From IMG/VR virus record IMGVR_UViG_3300035130_000143: a stretch of DNA of 20,000 nt; one strand, written 5' to 3'. Of this stretch, positions 8,994 through 17,148 are shown piece after piece. The notes below the pieces were generated by a model, which had not been told where the DNA came from, did not search any database, and worked only from the letters and a program-made list of their open reading frames with translations. Source of the DNA: an uncultured virus (IMG/VR IMGVR_UViG_3300035130_000143). Taxonomy: Duplodnaviria > Heunggongvirae > Uroviricota > Caudoviricetes. The position numbers were made by a program, and so were the translations under genes. Every line of letters begins with the position of its first letter. The stretch's first letter is position 1.

Positions 8994-9064
8994 TTGTCCC
9001 CTTTTTGGAGTGCGGGCGACTATCCGGGAAGGGGACAACCAACCCCTCAAGTCACCCGCGAACT
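8994..9064 (-). promoter_or_regulatory. Structured intergenic RNA element (hairpin with anti-SD loop; possible pseudoknot or switch)
   Basis: 10-bp stem 9050-9059:9012-9021 (one G-U). Inner stem 9043-9048:9029-9034. Perfect 10-bp complement between 9029-9038 (UUGUCCCCUU) and the RBS 8994-9003 (AAGGGGACAA). Confidence 0.65.
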
Positions 9065-9074
9065 CATACTAAAA

Positions 9075-10577
9075 CTATCCGCTGACGCTAGCAATAAATG
9101 AGGTTGCCGCGTTCACCTCGCCAACCAAAAATGCCTGGTTGGAGTGGCAGATATTTAGCCAATTCATGCCACTGTTAGTGACTGTATTTTCAGCCACCCA
9201 CGAGTCGCCGCCGTCAATGGATTTATACACGCGCCCCACCGGTGCAGCGGTGTTTTTGAGCAAAAAGCCCGTCAGGCCATCTGGCAAAAACGTCACGCAC
9301 TCAATGGTGTCCGTGGCCGCCGCACTCAAACCAGTGCTCTTGACTTCCCAGGTCGTCGTACCGTCAAATGACATGTACAGCGGGACTGCGGCTGCTACGC
9401 CGTTGTTGGTGCCGACAATCAGCCGGTTCTCGCTGAAAACGCAGACGGTGTTAAGCGTGTCGCCGCTGCCCGTGGCCGTCTGCGCCGTCCAGTTCACGCC
9501 GCCGTCCACCGTGCCGATTATCACGTCAGTTGCACCCACGGCATAGCCCACATTTTCGTCACAGAAATGTATGGCGCTCAAAGACGTTGCGCCGCTGGCT
9601 GATAGCGCCGTCGTTTGTTCAGCCCAACTCGCGCCGCCGTCAAGGCTTTTGTAGACCCTGCCGCCATCTGTGCAAATGTAGCCAATGGTCGTGCCGGGCA
9701 CAAAAAACATACTGCCGCCGCCGACTGTGGCCTCTGCGTTAGTTGAACCGACATCAACCTGCGTCCATGTAGCCGTCGCATCATCGCTGTACTCCACCTG
9801 CAATGGCGTAGCCGCCAGCGTGCCGCGCACGTAGATGTATCGCTCGGTGTTGGTGTCAATTTGCAAAATCTTTCCGCTGTTAACGTTCGTGCCAGCTGCA
9901 AATCCCGATGCCGGACTGGTCCAAGTCGCGCCTGTATCAGTGCTCAAGAACACGTCAGGAATAGCCGCCGCGACGGTATCGGCGCTGGCCGTCATCACCT
10001 CACATTTCCCACGCCTCGCGCCGCAAGCCCCGGCACAGCGTTGAGCGGCTGCCGTGATGTGGTTTAGCGCCGCCGTCTCGCTGGTGGCAATGCGCGCCAC
10101 GGTAAGCGGTCTGTGGTCAATGCGCCCAATCCAGCCGGTCACAGCCCACGTGTGATCGAGCAGTGTTCCCGTTTCGCGCTGCACGGGATTGACAACAACG
10201 TCGTCAGTCAAGCGCGCGCGGCGATACACCCATGCGCGCTCGCGGTTGCCAAACACCTGCTTGCTGTCACACTTGCTCACGACGACATACAGATTAAAGG
10301 GGCACCCGTCGTCTTTGACGCGCTCCAGGAAATTCGCCGCCGGGCCTTCGTAGGACGTGATATTAAACGCCGGTTGCGCGGCAGGCGACAATTCCTCTGC
10401 CACCTGTTTGTACTCCCTGGTTACGCTATCAACACAATGGCGCGGCGTTGGCGTTGGTTTAGGATTGGGCAGATTGTCTACCATGACGCACTCACCCAAC
10501 GGGAATACCTCTGTCCCATCTCCAAATTGGATGAATACCGCACCGTCTAGGCCATCATAAAGTGTCGGATCACTCAT
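9075..10577 (-). CDS. Putative major tail tube protein fused to a YCF48/BNR Asp-box beta-propeller (paralogue B, 500 aa)
   Basis: Strong RBS AAAGGAG. The N-terminal ~155 aa beta domain sits at the tail-tube position. Six Asp-boxes (STDTGATW, SDDATATW, SLDGGASW, TVDGGVNW, SFDGTTTW, SIDGGDSW). The propeller is well supported; the tube role is inferred from synteny. Confidence 0.7.
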   Translation of the reverse strand: MSDPTLYDGLDGAVFIQFGDGTEVFPLGECVMVDNLPNPKPTPTPRHCVDSVTREYKQVAEELSPAAQPAFNITSYEGPAANFLERVKDDGCPFNLYVVVSKCDSKQVFGNRERAWVYRRARLTDDVVVNPVQRETGTLLDHTWAVTGWIGRIDHRPLTVARIATSETAALNHITAAAQRCAGACGARRGKCEVMTASADTVAAAIPDVFLSTDTGATWTSPASGFAAGTNVNSGKILQIDTNTERYIYVRGTLAATPLQVEYSDDATATWTQVDVGSTNAEATVGGGSMFFVPGTTIGYICTDGGRVYKSLDGGASWAEQTTALSASGATSLSAIHFCDENVGYAVGATDVIIGTVDGGVNWTAQTATGSGDTLNTVCVFSENRLIVGTNNGVAAAVPLYMSFDGTTTWEVKSTGLSAAATDTIECVTFLPDGLTGFLLKNTAAPVGRVYKSIDGGDSWVAENTVTNSGMNWLNICHSNQAFLVGEVNAATSFIASVSG

Positions 10578-10598
10578 TGTAACTACTCCTTTCGCGGA

Positions 10599-12077
10599 TT
10601 ATCCGCTAATTTTTGCTATAAAACTTGTGCCGCCCTGGGCGTCGCCCACTACAACCCCCAAGTTGGGCTGGCAAACCGCTAATGCTTTTAAGAAGTTACT
10701 CGTAGGCGTTTCAATCAAGCGCCAGTTATAGCCACCGTTTATGCTCTTGTAAATGTTGCCTGCGCTGGCAACCACACTTTTGATAGCATATCCCGTCAGG
10801 CCATCTGGCAAAAACCGGACATCGTAGCCCACCGTCACGCCTGTGACAACGGCCCAGCGCGTGACATCAGTCCAGGTAGTAGCGGCATCGTAGCTCATGA
10901 ACAAATTGCCGCCTGAACCAGCGATAGAATAGTTGCCCATTATGAGACGTTGACGGTCAAAGACATGCAAGGCCAGCCAATCCTCGCCGAGGCCGCTGGG
11001 ATTATCGGTCCAGGTCTTGCCGCCATCTGTAGTAGACAAAATGGTATCGTTGTCGCCTACGGCGTATCCCACCAGCGCGTCAGCAAAATGAATGGCAATT
11101 AGCTGGTCGCCGCCGCTGGCCGTCGCCGCGCTATCCTGTTCGGTCCAGTCTACGCCATTGTAAAAATAGACTCTGCCGTCATTGCTACACATCCAGCCAT
11201 GACGGCGGTCAAGGAAAAATAATGATGTGTCCTTAGGAGTTCCATCGCCGGGCGTTTCACCCACTACAGTATCCACCCACGAGCCGCCCCAAAGCGCGGT
11301 TTCAACTTGCGCCGCCAGGCCAGTTACACTCTCTCGCGCCAGAAATACTCTGCGCCCGTCTGGAGTTGGGACGCACGAAACGGCGGTTATGCCGCTGCCG
11401 GCCTGAAATCCAGATGCGGAAATGGTGATATTGTCACCGCCGTCAGTTGTGCTATAAACATCCGGCGCTGCGCCGCCTACCGTGTCAGCGCCCATGGCGA
11501 ACTGCTCACAGGCCCCTAGCGCCTCGCTGCAATCTGTAGCACAGTTGGGCGCGCAAATTCCCAGGCCGTTCAGGTCTGCCGTGCCAATTGTGGAGATGCG
11601 CGTTATCGTCACCGGTCTATGATCCACGCGCCCGTTGCGCGCCGTGACGTTGAACGAGTGCATTGTCAGCGTGTCGGCTTCAGTCTCCACAGCATTCTCT
11701 ATGGGATCGTCTGTAAATGTGCAATCACGATAGGCCCACGCACGCTCATAATTGTCGAAAGATCGAGCCGTCCCCTTGCGCGCCTGCAACACGTACAGAT
11801 TGAACGGGCAATTTGCCTCTTTGGCCCGCTCCAAATAATGCGCCGCTTCTCTGACGTACACGGTGATGGTCAGATTGGTTGCAGCCGGGGGGCCTGGCTC
11901 AAACCCAATCTGGTTGTAATCGCGTGCGCCAATGGAACTATACACGGGACGTCTGTCAGGCGAGGGGCTGGGCAGCGTCGGCAGAACAGTACAGTCTCCC
12001 AGGTAAAATATCTCTGTCCCGTCGCCAAACTGGACATAGACAAAAGTATCGAGAGAGTGAATCAACTTTTCGTCCAC
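10599..12077 (-). CDS. Putative tail tube protein fused to a YCF48/BNR beta-propeller (paralogue A, 492 aa)
   Basis: Full-length similarity to 9075..10577 (QFGDGTE, CPFNLYV, ERAWxYR, GRxDHRP, AIHFxDxxVGYAVG, FLPDGLTG, YKSIxGG, SFIAxxSG). GTG start with AGAGGT RBS. Confidence 0.7.
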   Translation of the reverse strand: MDEKLIHSLDTFVYVQFGDGTEIFYLGDCTVLPTLPSPSPDRRPVYSSIGARDYNQIGFEPGPPAATNLTITVYVREAAHYLERAKEANCPFNLYVLQARKGTARSFDNYERAWAYRDCTFTDDPIENAVETEADTLTMHSFNVTARNGRVDHRPVTITRISTIGTADLNGLGICAPNCATDCSEALGACEQFAMGADTVGGAAPDVYSTTDGGDNITISASGFQAGSGITAVSCVPTPDGRRVFLARESVTGLAAQVETALWGGSWVDTVVGETPGDGTPKDTSLFFLDRRHGWMCSNDGRVYFYNGVDWTEQDSAATASGGDQLIAIHFADALVGYAVGDNDTILSTTDGGKTWTDNPSGLGEDWLALHVFDRQRLIMGNYSIAGSGGNLFMSYDAATTWTDVTRWAVVTGVTVGYDVRFLPDGLTGYAIKSVVASAGNIYKSINGGYNWRLIETPTSNFLKALAVCQPNLGVVVGDAQGGTSFIAKISG

Positions 12078-12078
12078 G

Positions 12079-12471
12079 CTACCTCTTTGCCGCTCGCTTT
12101 AGCATTTCCTCAAGCAGGGGATTGACCAGGACGCGCTGTAGGGCGGCGCGCGCTTCAGCGGACCCGGCAAGAAAATCACGCCTGGTGTAAATTCGCGCTG
12201 CGTACAACTGCGCGGCAAACTCATCAGCGCCAGGCCCGTCCATCCAGGTGCGCCAGTCCTCGCCATAAAGCGTGCATTTTTCAAGGTCGGATTCCGAGAT
12301 TTCGTTACCCTTGAGTTTATCAACCGGGCAAAAATATCGCCTGTCATCGTGCTGGATAATGACACCCTGGTTGTCACGGTCTATGATCGCAACGGTCAGA
12401 TTGCGTGCCCGCATGCTTTTCTTGCTTCGCTTAGAGCTTTCTCCATTCGTCTCTTGAATATCGTCTGCCAT
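12079..12471 (-). CDS. Hypothetical neck/tail-region protein (130 aa; start uncertain)
   Basis: Fills the gap between the gp10-like gene and tube paralogue A. Overlaps the upstream gene by 76 nt if ATG 12471 is used. Confidence 0.65.
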   Translation of the reverse strand: MADDIQETNGESSKRSKKSMRARNLTVAIIDRDNQGVIIQHDDRRYFCPVDKLKGNEISESDLEKCTLYGEDWRTWMDGPGADEFAAQLYAARIYTRRDFLAGSAEARAALQRVLVNPLLEEMLKRAAKR

Positions 12472-12914
12472 TTTTTCTCTATCTCCCTGCTAAACTCTCG
12501 CGCTTTAATGCCTGGGTGTGTCACGTAAGGCCGCACGGTGTCAATTGAGCCTCGCGCCCCTGCGCTTGAGCCGATGACGCCTGGAATTGTTTTGGGTGCA
12601 AACTGGCTAGAAAATGCCAGGGCTTTTTTGTTGCTCTTGCCGGTGAATATTCCGGCAAAAATTGGATACGGTCCCTTTGTGCCCTTGTCCACGTAGCCAT
12701 AGATTTTATTTTCCGTGTATACCTCAACCGACAGACCGCCCGAAAGGCTGATCTGCATTTCAAACTTGACATCAGTATCCCAGGTCGCCGTCGTCTTCTT
12801 AAAGTCCGCTATGATGTCGCGCCCAGCCTTGCGCAACTCGTTTAGAAATATCGGGCGAAAGGCGTCGCGGCGTAGCGTGGCAGGTTTCAATTCTTTGATT
12901 ACAAGCGCGCTCAT
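12396..12914 (-). CDS. HK97 gp10-like neck/tail completion protein (172 aa)
   Basis: Basic protein with YGYVDKGT and VTHPGIKAREF motifs, typical of the HK97 gp10/Ne1 family. Neck position. Confidence 0.7.
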   Translation of the reverse strand: MSALVIKELKPATLRRDAFRPIFLNELRKAGRDIIADFKKTTATWDTDVKFEMQISLSGGLSVEVYTENKIYGYVDKGTKGPYPIFAGIFTGKSNKKALAFSSQFAPKTIPGVIGSSAGARGSIDTVRPYVTHPGIKAREFSREIEKKWQTIFKRRMEKALSEARKACGHAI

Positions 12915-13162
12915 TCATCCACCACCTCAAAAAAAACCTGCTGACCGTCCTCGACCTCTGCGGCAAACATTCCAGCGTCAAAGGCGTCAACGAATTTTTG
13001 CGCGCCAGGCGAGAAAACGTAAAGCGCCTCGGTCGTGCGGCTCTGCATCATTTTCACCCTTTCCTTACCGCGATACTCTATCAACAAATACCCATCACGC
13101 AAGGGTAGGTTTTTCTTGATCTCGCCAATCGCGCGCCTTCGCGCCGCTGGACAACAACTCAT
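12911..13162 (-). CDS. Hypothetical protein (83 aa, N-terminal MSCCP)
   Basis: ATGA-coupled on both sides. Confidence 0.7.
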   Translation of the reverse strand: MSCCPAARRRAIGEIKKNLPLRDGYLLIEYRGKERVKMMQSRTTEALYVFSPGAQKFVDAFDAGMFAAEVEDGQQVFFEVVDE

Positions 13163-13845
13163 GATGACGTTATAGCGATGCGATTAGCTATAATCCGAGC
13201 AGCATTGAACACGGTAAGCGACTGTTCGGCCCAAGCGGCGCTAGGATAATCACTCCCCGTTGCTCCATCGCACACGTCAAGCTTGCCCGTTCTAATGGCG
13301 TCAAGTTGCATATTAGACTGTGTAAGCCAATGCGTGCGCTCCTCCGGCGTCATGCGTTGGCCTGGCATTCCACAACGACACGTGTGATAAGCTCCGGCCT
13401 CTATGATGTTGATTTTGCCAAGAAAGTCGGAACCGTCCAGGTTGCCATTGTAGGCCCAGGACGCCAGTGTGCAATCGCAGGCTCCAACGCTGGCAAGTAC
13501 GGCATAGATATTTCCAGCCGTCACGTTCAGATAGTGTTCAATCGTTGCTATTTCTGAGCCACTAATTGAAACTGTGCGATAGGCGTCGCCATCGTCCCAG
13601 GCGACGCCCGTCGCTGTTAAAGTCGTCTCTGTAACCGCTGTAATAGACCCGCTCGTGTTCTGCGTGGTGTTGTAAAGGATCATTCCTTCGTTTGGCTGCA
13701 ATCCAGCGTTGTCGAAGTTGGCCTGGCTGTCTTGCAGGCTTGGATTAGCCGCGCCGCCAGAATCGTCAAGGCCCATTTGCAACGAACCAACACACCAGAA
13801 AACAGCGTATGCCCAAGCATTGGCGTATTTGCTAGAACATGTCAT
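13159..13845 (-). CDS. Putative head-tail adaptor (Mu gp36-like C-terminus) with an inserted beta domain (228 aa)
   Basis: AAGGTG RBS. C-terminal HWLTQSNMQLDAIRTGKLDV resembles the Mu gp36/DUF1320 'L..Ia.Gk+.L' motif. Located between MCP and the gp10-like gene. Confidence 0.55.
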   Translation of the reverse strand: MTCSSKYANAWAYAVFWCVGSLQMGLDDSGGAANPSLQDSQANFDNAGLQPNEGMILYNTTQNTSGSITAVTETTLTATGVAWDDGDAYRTVSISGSEIATIEHYLNVTAGNIYAVLASVGACDCTLASWAYNGNLDGSDFLGKINIIEAGAYHTCRCGMPGQRMTPEERTHWLTQSNMQLDAIRTGKLDVCDGATGSDYPSAAWAEQSLTVFNAARIIANRIAITSS

Positions 13846-13860
13846 TTGACACCTTTTGCT

Positions 13861-14088
13861 CTATCCCGCTAACGCATCCATTCGCGCCTGCAAGACATCG
13901 CAGAGCAAATTGCGGTCCTTTTGCTCCAGGTGCGCCACGGCCTGCTGTACAGCCGCCATATCAGGGGCGGTATTGACAGCCTCGATTTCAGCGCCCAGCT
14001 TATCCAGACGCTTCTGACGCGCCTTGCGGTCCTTTATTATTGCAGCCTGTCGTTTTTCATACAACTCAACCGCTGTCAATTCTGTCAT
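13861..14088 (-). CDS. Hypothetical small helical protein (75 aa)
   Basis: AGGAG RBS, coiled-coil-like sequence, fills the gap exactly. Confidence 0.75.
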   Translation of the reverse strand: MTELTAVELYEKRQAAIIKDRKARQKRLDKLGAEIEAVNTAPDMAAVQQAVAHLEQKDRNLLCDVLQARMDALAG

Positions 14089-14100
14089 GTCAAAACTCCT

Positions 14101-15085
14101 TTACGCAGGCGGTAGAATCGTAATGCCGTTGTCAGCCACCTCTACTTCGGCTATGTCCGGGCTGAAATTCCCGTACCACTCGTCAGCCGCGCCGCCTCGA
14201 TAACCACCAGCTATCGAGTAGTCGCCAGCAAAATAATTGCCAACGACGTGATTATCGTCGCCAGGATTGGCTACAATAGATGTGTTGAACGCCTGTACCA
14301 TTGAATAGGCGTATCCCACCGGCTTGACATAGTTGTGAGCAAAACGGCTTCCATTGCTAGGCCAAATCATTCCGTTATCGCTGTCCTCAAAGATGTTGCA
14401 AAGGACATGATTGCGATATGGAATAGCCAGCGGAGTCGTGGTAACTTCCATGCCAATGGCCGTATTGCCTACGTTATTCCAGAGCATGAACGTATTGCCG
14501 ACTACCCAGACATCGTAACAGCCGTGACTCTCCAATCCTCGCAGGCCAGTTGTTAGGCCATCAAAGTAGTTGTTGTCTATAATAGTCCTGATGGCAATGT
14601 CATTAGCCCCGGTGTCGGTGTGACGCAACACAACTGCCGCCGCGCCAGTTTTGCCGTAGAACCTGAAGCCGCTGACGCGCCAGCCAACGCAACGCAAGTC
14701 CAGGCTTGCTGTGTTGGCATCAGAACCTTCCCATGCCGGGCTATAGCGCGACGGTCCTACGCCAATGATACTGACGTAAGATGGCATAGTCACATAATCG
14801 CCCGTCTGCACATCCTCGGCAACAGTGCCGCTAACCCAGATCGTGCTATAGTTCTGCAACGTTACGGGATTAACTGATGCGCCGGTCGAGCGATCAATAA
14901 GTTCCTGAACAGTCGCTAGAGGATACTCTGGATCAAGTCCTTCATTGCCATCGTTGGCATTGGCATGGCCGCTATCAACGTAAAACTGCGGCGCGTTCGC
15001 GCCCCGTGCCAAAGAAACCAAGTATTCCCTGGCGCTGTTCCTGAAATCCTTGCGGAACAGTCGGTGCTGGAAATCCTAAAGTCAT
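14101..15085 (-). CDS. Pectin-lyase-like right-handed beta-helix protein (possible head fibre/depolymerase), split into a 36-codon leader (15085..14975) and the main frame (to 14101)
   Basis: FYVDSGHANANDGNEGLDPEYPLATVQ N-cap and Asn-ladder repeats (IIDNNYF, VVGNTF, VLCNIF, VVGNYF). The only strong RBS (GGAGGTGA) precedes ATG 15085, which is one base out of frame with the main ORF. Confidence 0.7.
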
Positions 15086-15095
15086 GACTCACCTC

Positions 15096-15440
15096 CTATG
15101 CCGCGCCAGTAACACGGGCATGCTGCCGCCTGCGCCAGGCAGAACGAGTGGAAATCACGGCTGGTTTGGCCTTGAGCGCGGCAAGATATGCCTTGGCTTT
15201 CTTGTAATCTGCCATAGGCCAGCGTGTCGGGTCTGCGTCGCGTTCTTTGATAATGGCCTCGGCCTCGTCTTTGGTCATTCCGTCATAGCCGGTTGATAGC
15301 AGTTGCTCGTGCGCTTTAGTGCCTCTTTCAATTTTAGGCTGCGCTTTTTCAAGCGCCTCGACACTATTGCCCTGATTTGCTCGCTTGACCAGTTCGTCAA
15401 GCAATTGTTGCGTTCGCCTTATCTCAGCTTGAATATCCAT
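15096..15440 (-). CDS. Hypothetical helical protein following MCP (114 aa)
   Basis: TAAGGAG RBS, fills the gap. Confidence 0.8.
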   Translation of the reverse strand: MDIQAEIRRTQQLLDELVKRANQGNSVEALEKAQPKIERGTKAHEQLLSTGYDGMTKDEAEAIIKERDADPTRWPMADYKKAKAYLAALKAKPAVISTRSAWRRRQHARVTGAA

Positions 15441-15449
15441 TTCGTCTCC

Positions 15450-16640
15450 TTATGGCGTTGTGCCGCTTGAATAATAAATGCCGCGAAAGTCCGTTACACC
15501 GACATAGTCCGCGTCATCCCAGCCGCCGATAATATCCTCGACAGCAAACTCAATATCCCCTGTGGCAAAACTGCCCATTAGAAATGCTTGCGGAACCGTG
15601 CCGCTTACCATCTGAATGTCAGAGCGTTTCATAAACGCGACTGGACCATCCCAGCCCTGCAAACGCGCCACCGTTACGGTCGGAACCTCAGACGGGTCAG
15701 CAAACAGATACCACGGCACATTAGCGCCGGCAAAACCGATATACGGATCAACGCGCACACCAGCCACGAATTGATTCAGTACATTGCCGCCAGCGCCGCC
15801 GTATTGCAATAGGTCTTGAAGAATCTGCGCTGCCTGAAGCTCCAACACTTTCGGGATAACCAACCAAACTCGATTAATGTTCATCTGGTTGCCATTCACG
15901 TCCACACGCTGCATCATGGCGTTGAGTCCAATTGCCAGATTCGCAGGAGTCAAGCGCCCCGTCCCGGCATAGACTACACCAAGAGCAACAAGCGCCGCTT
16001 GAGTTGTGGCATTGTCATACAGCGCCGATACCCACTCGTCCAACCAACGCCGCGCTGCATTCACCATGCGCGTTGGCGTCTCGCGGATCTTGCCCAGGTC
16101 ATCGTTCAAGATGGTCTGCCAGCTCACATCGAACTGATCTCCATATTCCTCAACACCGTACTGAATCTGCGTTGGAGTGATGGATGTGGCGGAGAGCTGC
16201 TGTTTGTCACGCCGCTTGTACAGCGTGCCTGGCTCTGACATCCTGAACCGCTTTACATCCCGAAAGTCCGGCGTGGTATCAGGGTAGGTATAATCGCGCC
16301 AGCTGCCAACGTCGTACTGATAATCATCATAAAAGGCGCGACTCAGCGCGTCTGCAAAGTAGTTAGCGAAATGTCCCCGCGTCATTACCTCTAAAAAGGT
16401 TTCGCTATCTCGTATTTCGCGCCATTCACGCAACTCGCGCAAAGCGGCAAGATGCTGGGCGCGTTGCTGTGGATTGAGCACCTGACGCGGCGTACCTCGC
16501 GGCGTGGTACTCACCCGGCTGGTTCCAATAAGTTGCGCCAGGTCACTCTCGCTCAAATTGACCGCATGGCGCGTTTCGTCTTCATTCAGTCCCGCGTCTC
16601 CGCAGGCCGAATCGTAAACCCATCTTATTACACTATCCAT
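15450..16640 (-). CDS. Major capsid protein (HK97 fold, Mu gpT-like family; 396 aa)
   Basis: YGDQFDVSWQTILNDDLG matches the 'YG..F.++.+.+INDDLG' signature. Also PDFR, WLVIPKVLE, WYLFADP and DFRGIY. Follows the protease and decoration genes. GGAG RBS. Confidence 0.9.
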   Translation of the reverse strand: MDSVIRWVYDSACGDAGLNEDETRHAVNLSESDLAQLIGTSRVSTTPRGTPRQVLNPQQRAQHLAALRELREWREIRDSETFLEVMTRGHFANYFADALSRAFYDDYQYDVGSWRDYTYPDTTPDFRDVKRFRMSEPGTLYKRRDKQQLSATSITPTQIQYGVEEYGDQFDVSWQTILNDDLGKIRETPTRMVNAARRWLDEWVSALYDNATTQAALVALGVVYAGTGRLTPANLAIGLNAMMQRVDVNGNQMNINRVWLVIPKVLELQAAQILQDLLQYGGAGGNVLNQFVAGVRVDPYIGFAGANVPWYLFADPSEVPTVTVARLQGWDGPVAFMKRSDIQMVSGTVPQAFLMGSFATGDIEFAVEDIIGGWDDADYVGVTDFRGIYYSSGTTP

Positions 16641-16652
16641 GTCTCATTACTC

Positions 16653-17144
16653 CTATATGCCAGCGCCGCGTATCATGACCTGGCAGTTCTGCGTTGAAGC
16701 TGTAGCGCCGCCAAGTGGATACAATGCCGCTGCTTCACTGGTAATGGTAGCGATTGCGCCAAGCAATGTATTGGCTACACCCAGGTTGTCAAGCGGCGAT
16801 GTGCTCAGATAAACGCCCGCTGGCATCGTGGCGCTATTGTCGTAATAGATCAAATCGCCGTAACCAATCGCGCCCCAGGTGGCCTCGACCGCCGCTGCAT
16901 AGGTCCGCACATTGCGCACCTGCCAGTTGAAAATTGCACTAGACGCAACGTTAACGATAGCAATAGAATCATTTGCATCCAGGCTCGTAATCGCGCCACA
17001 CACGGCAGTTCCAGCTAGCAAACTGGCAATCTCACATGGATTGCCCAGCGTTGGCGTAGCGTCAGTAAGTTCAGCATACGGCACGGCTATAGTAAAGACC
17101 GGGCCGCTGCTGTGCTGATAATCGTTCAAAATTTGTTCCGTCAT
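16653..17144 (-). CDS. Putative capsid decoration/cement protein (DUF2190-like; 163 aa)
   Basis: Between protease/scaffold and MCP. Small, Ala/Thr/Gly-rich beta protein with an AIGYGDLIYYD motif. Confidence 0.65.
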   Translation of the reverse strand: MTEQILNDYQHSSGPVFTIAVPYAELTDATPTLGNPCEIASLLAGTAVCGAITSLDANDSIAIVNVASSAIFNWQVRNVRTYAAAVEATWGAIGYGDLIYYDNSATMPAGVYLSTSPLDNLGVANTLLGAIATITSEAAALYPLGGATASTQNCQVMIRGAGI

Positions 17145-17148
17145 TTTA

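Noticed and set aside
8991..9050. TTG start at 9050 for the 146-aa ORF
   Set aside because: It lies inside the RNA structure. ATG 8990 has an RBS and matches the paralogue N-termini.
9012..9059. Intrinsic terminator
   Set aside because: The hairpin is not followed by a U-tract on either strand.
9075..12077. Photosystem II assembly factor Ycf48 or sialidase as an auxiliary metabolic gene
   Set aside because: The similarity reflects generic Asp-box propeller repeats, the context is structural, and no sialidase catalytic motif was recognised.
16633..16647. Minigene ATG AGA CAT GGA TAG overlapping the MCP start
   Set aside because: Its ATG is only 2 nt from the GGAG, too close for efficient initiation, so it is probably incidental.
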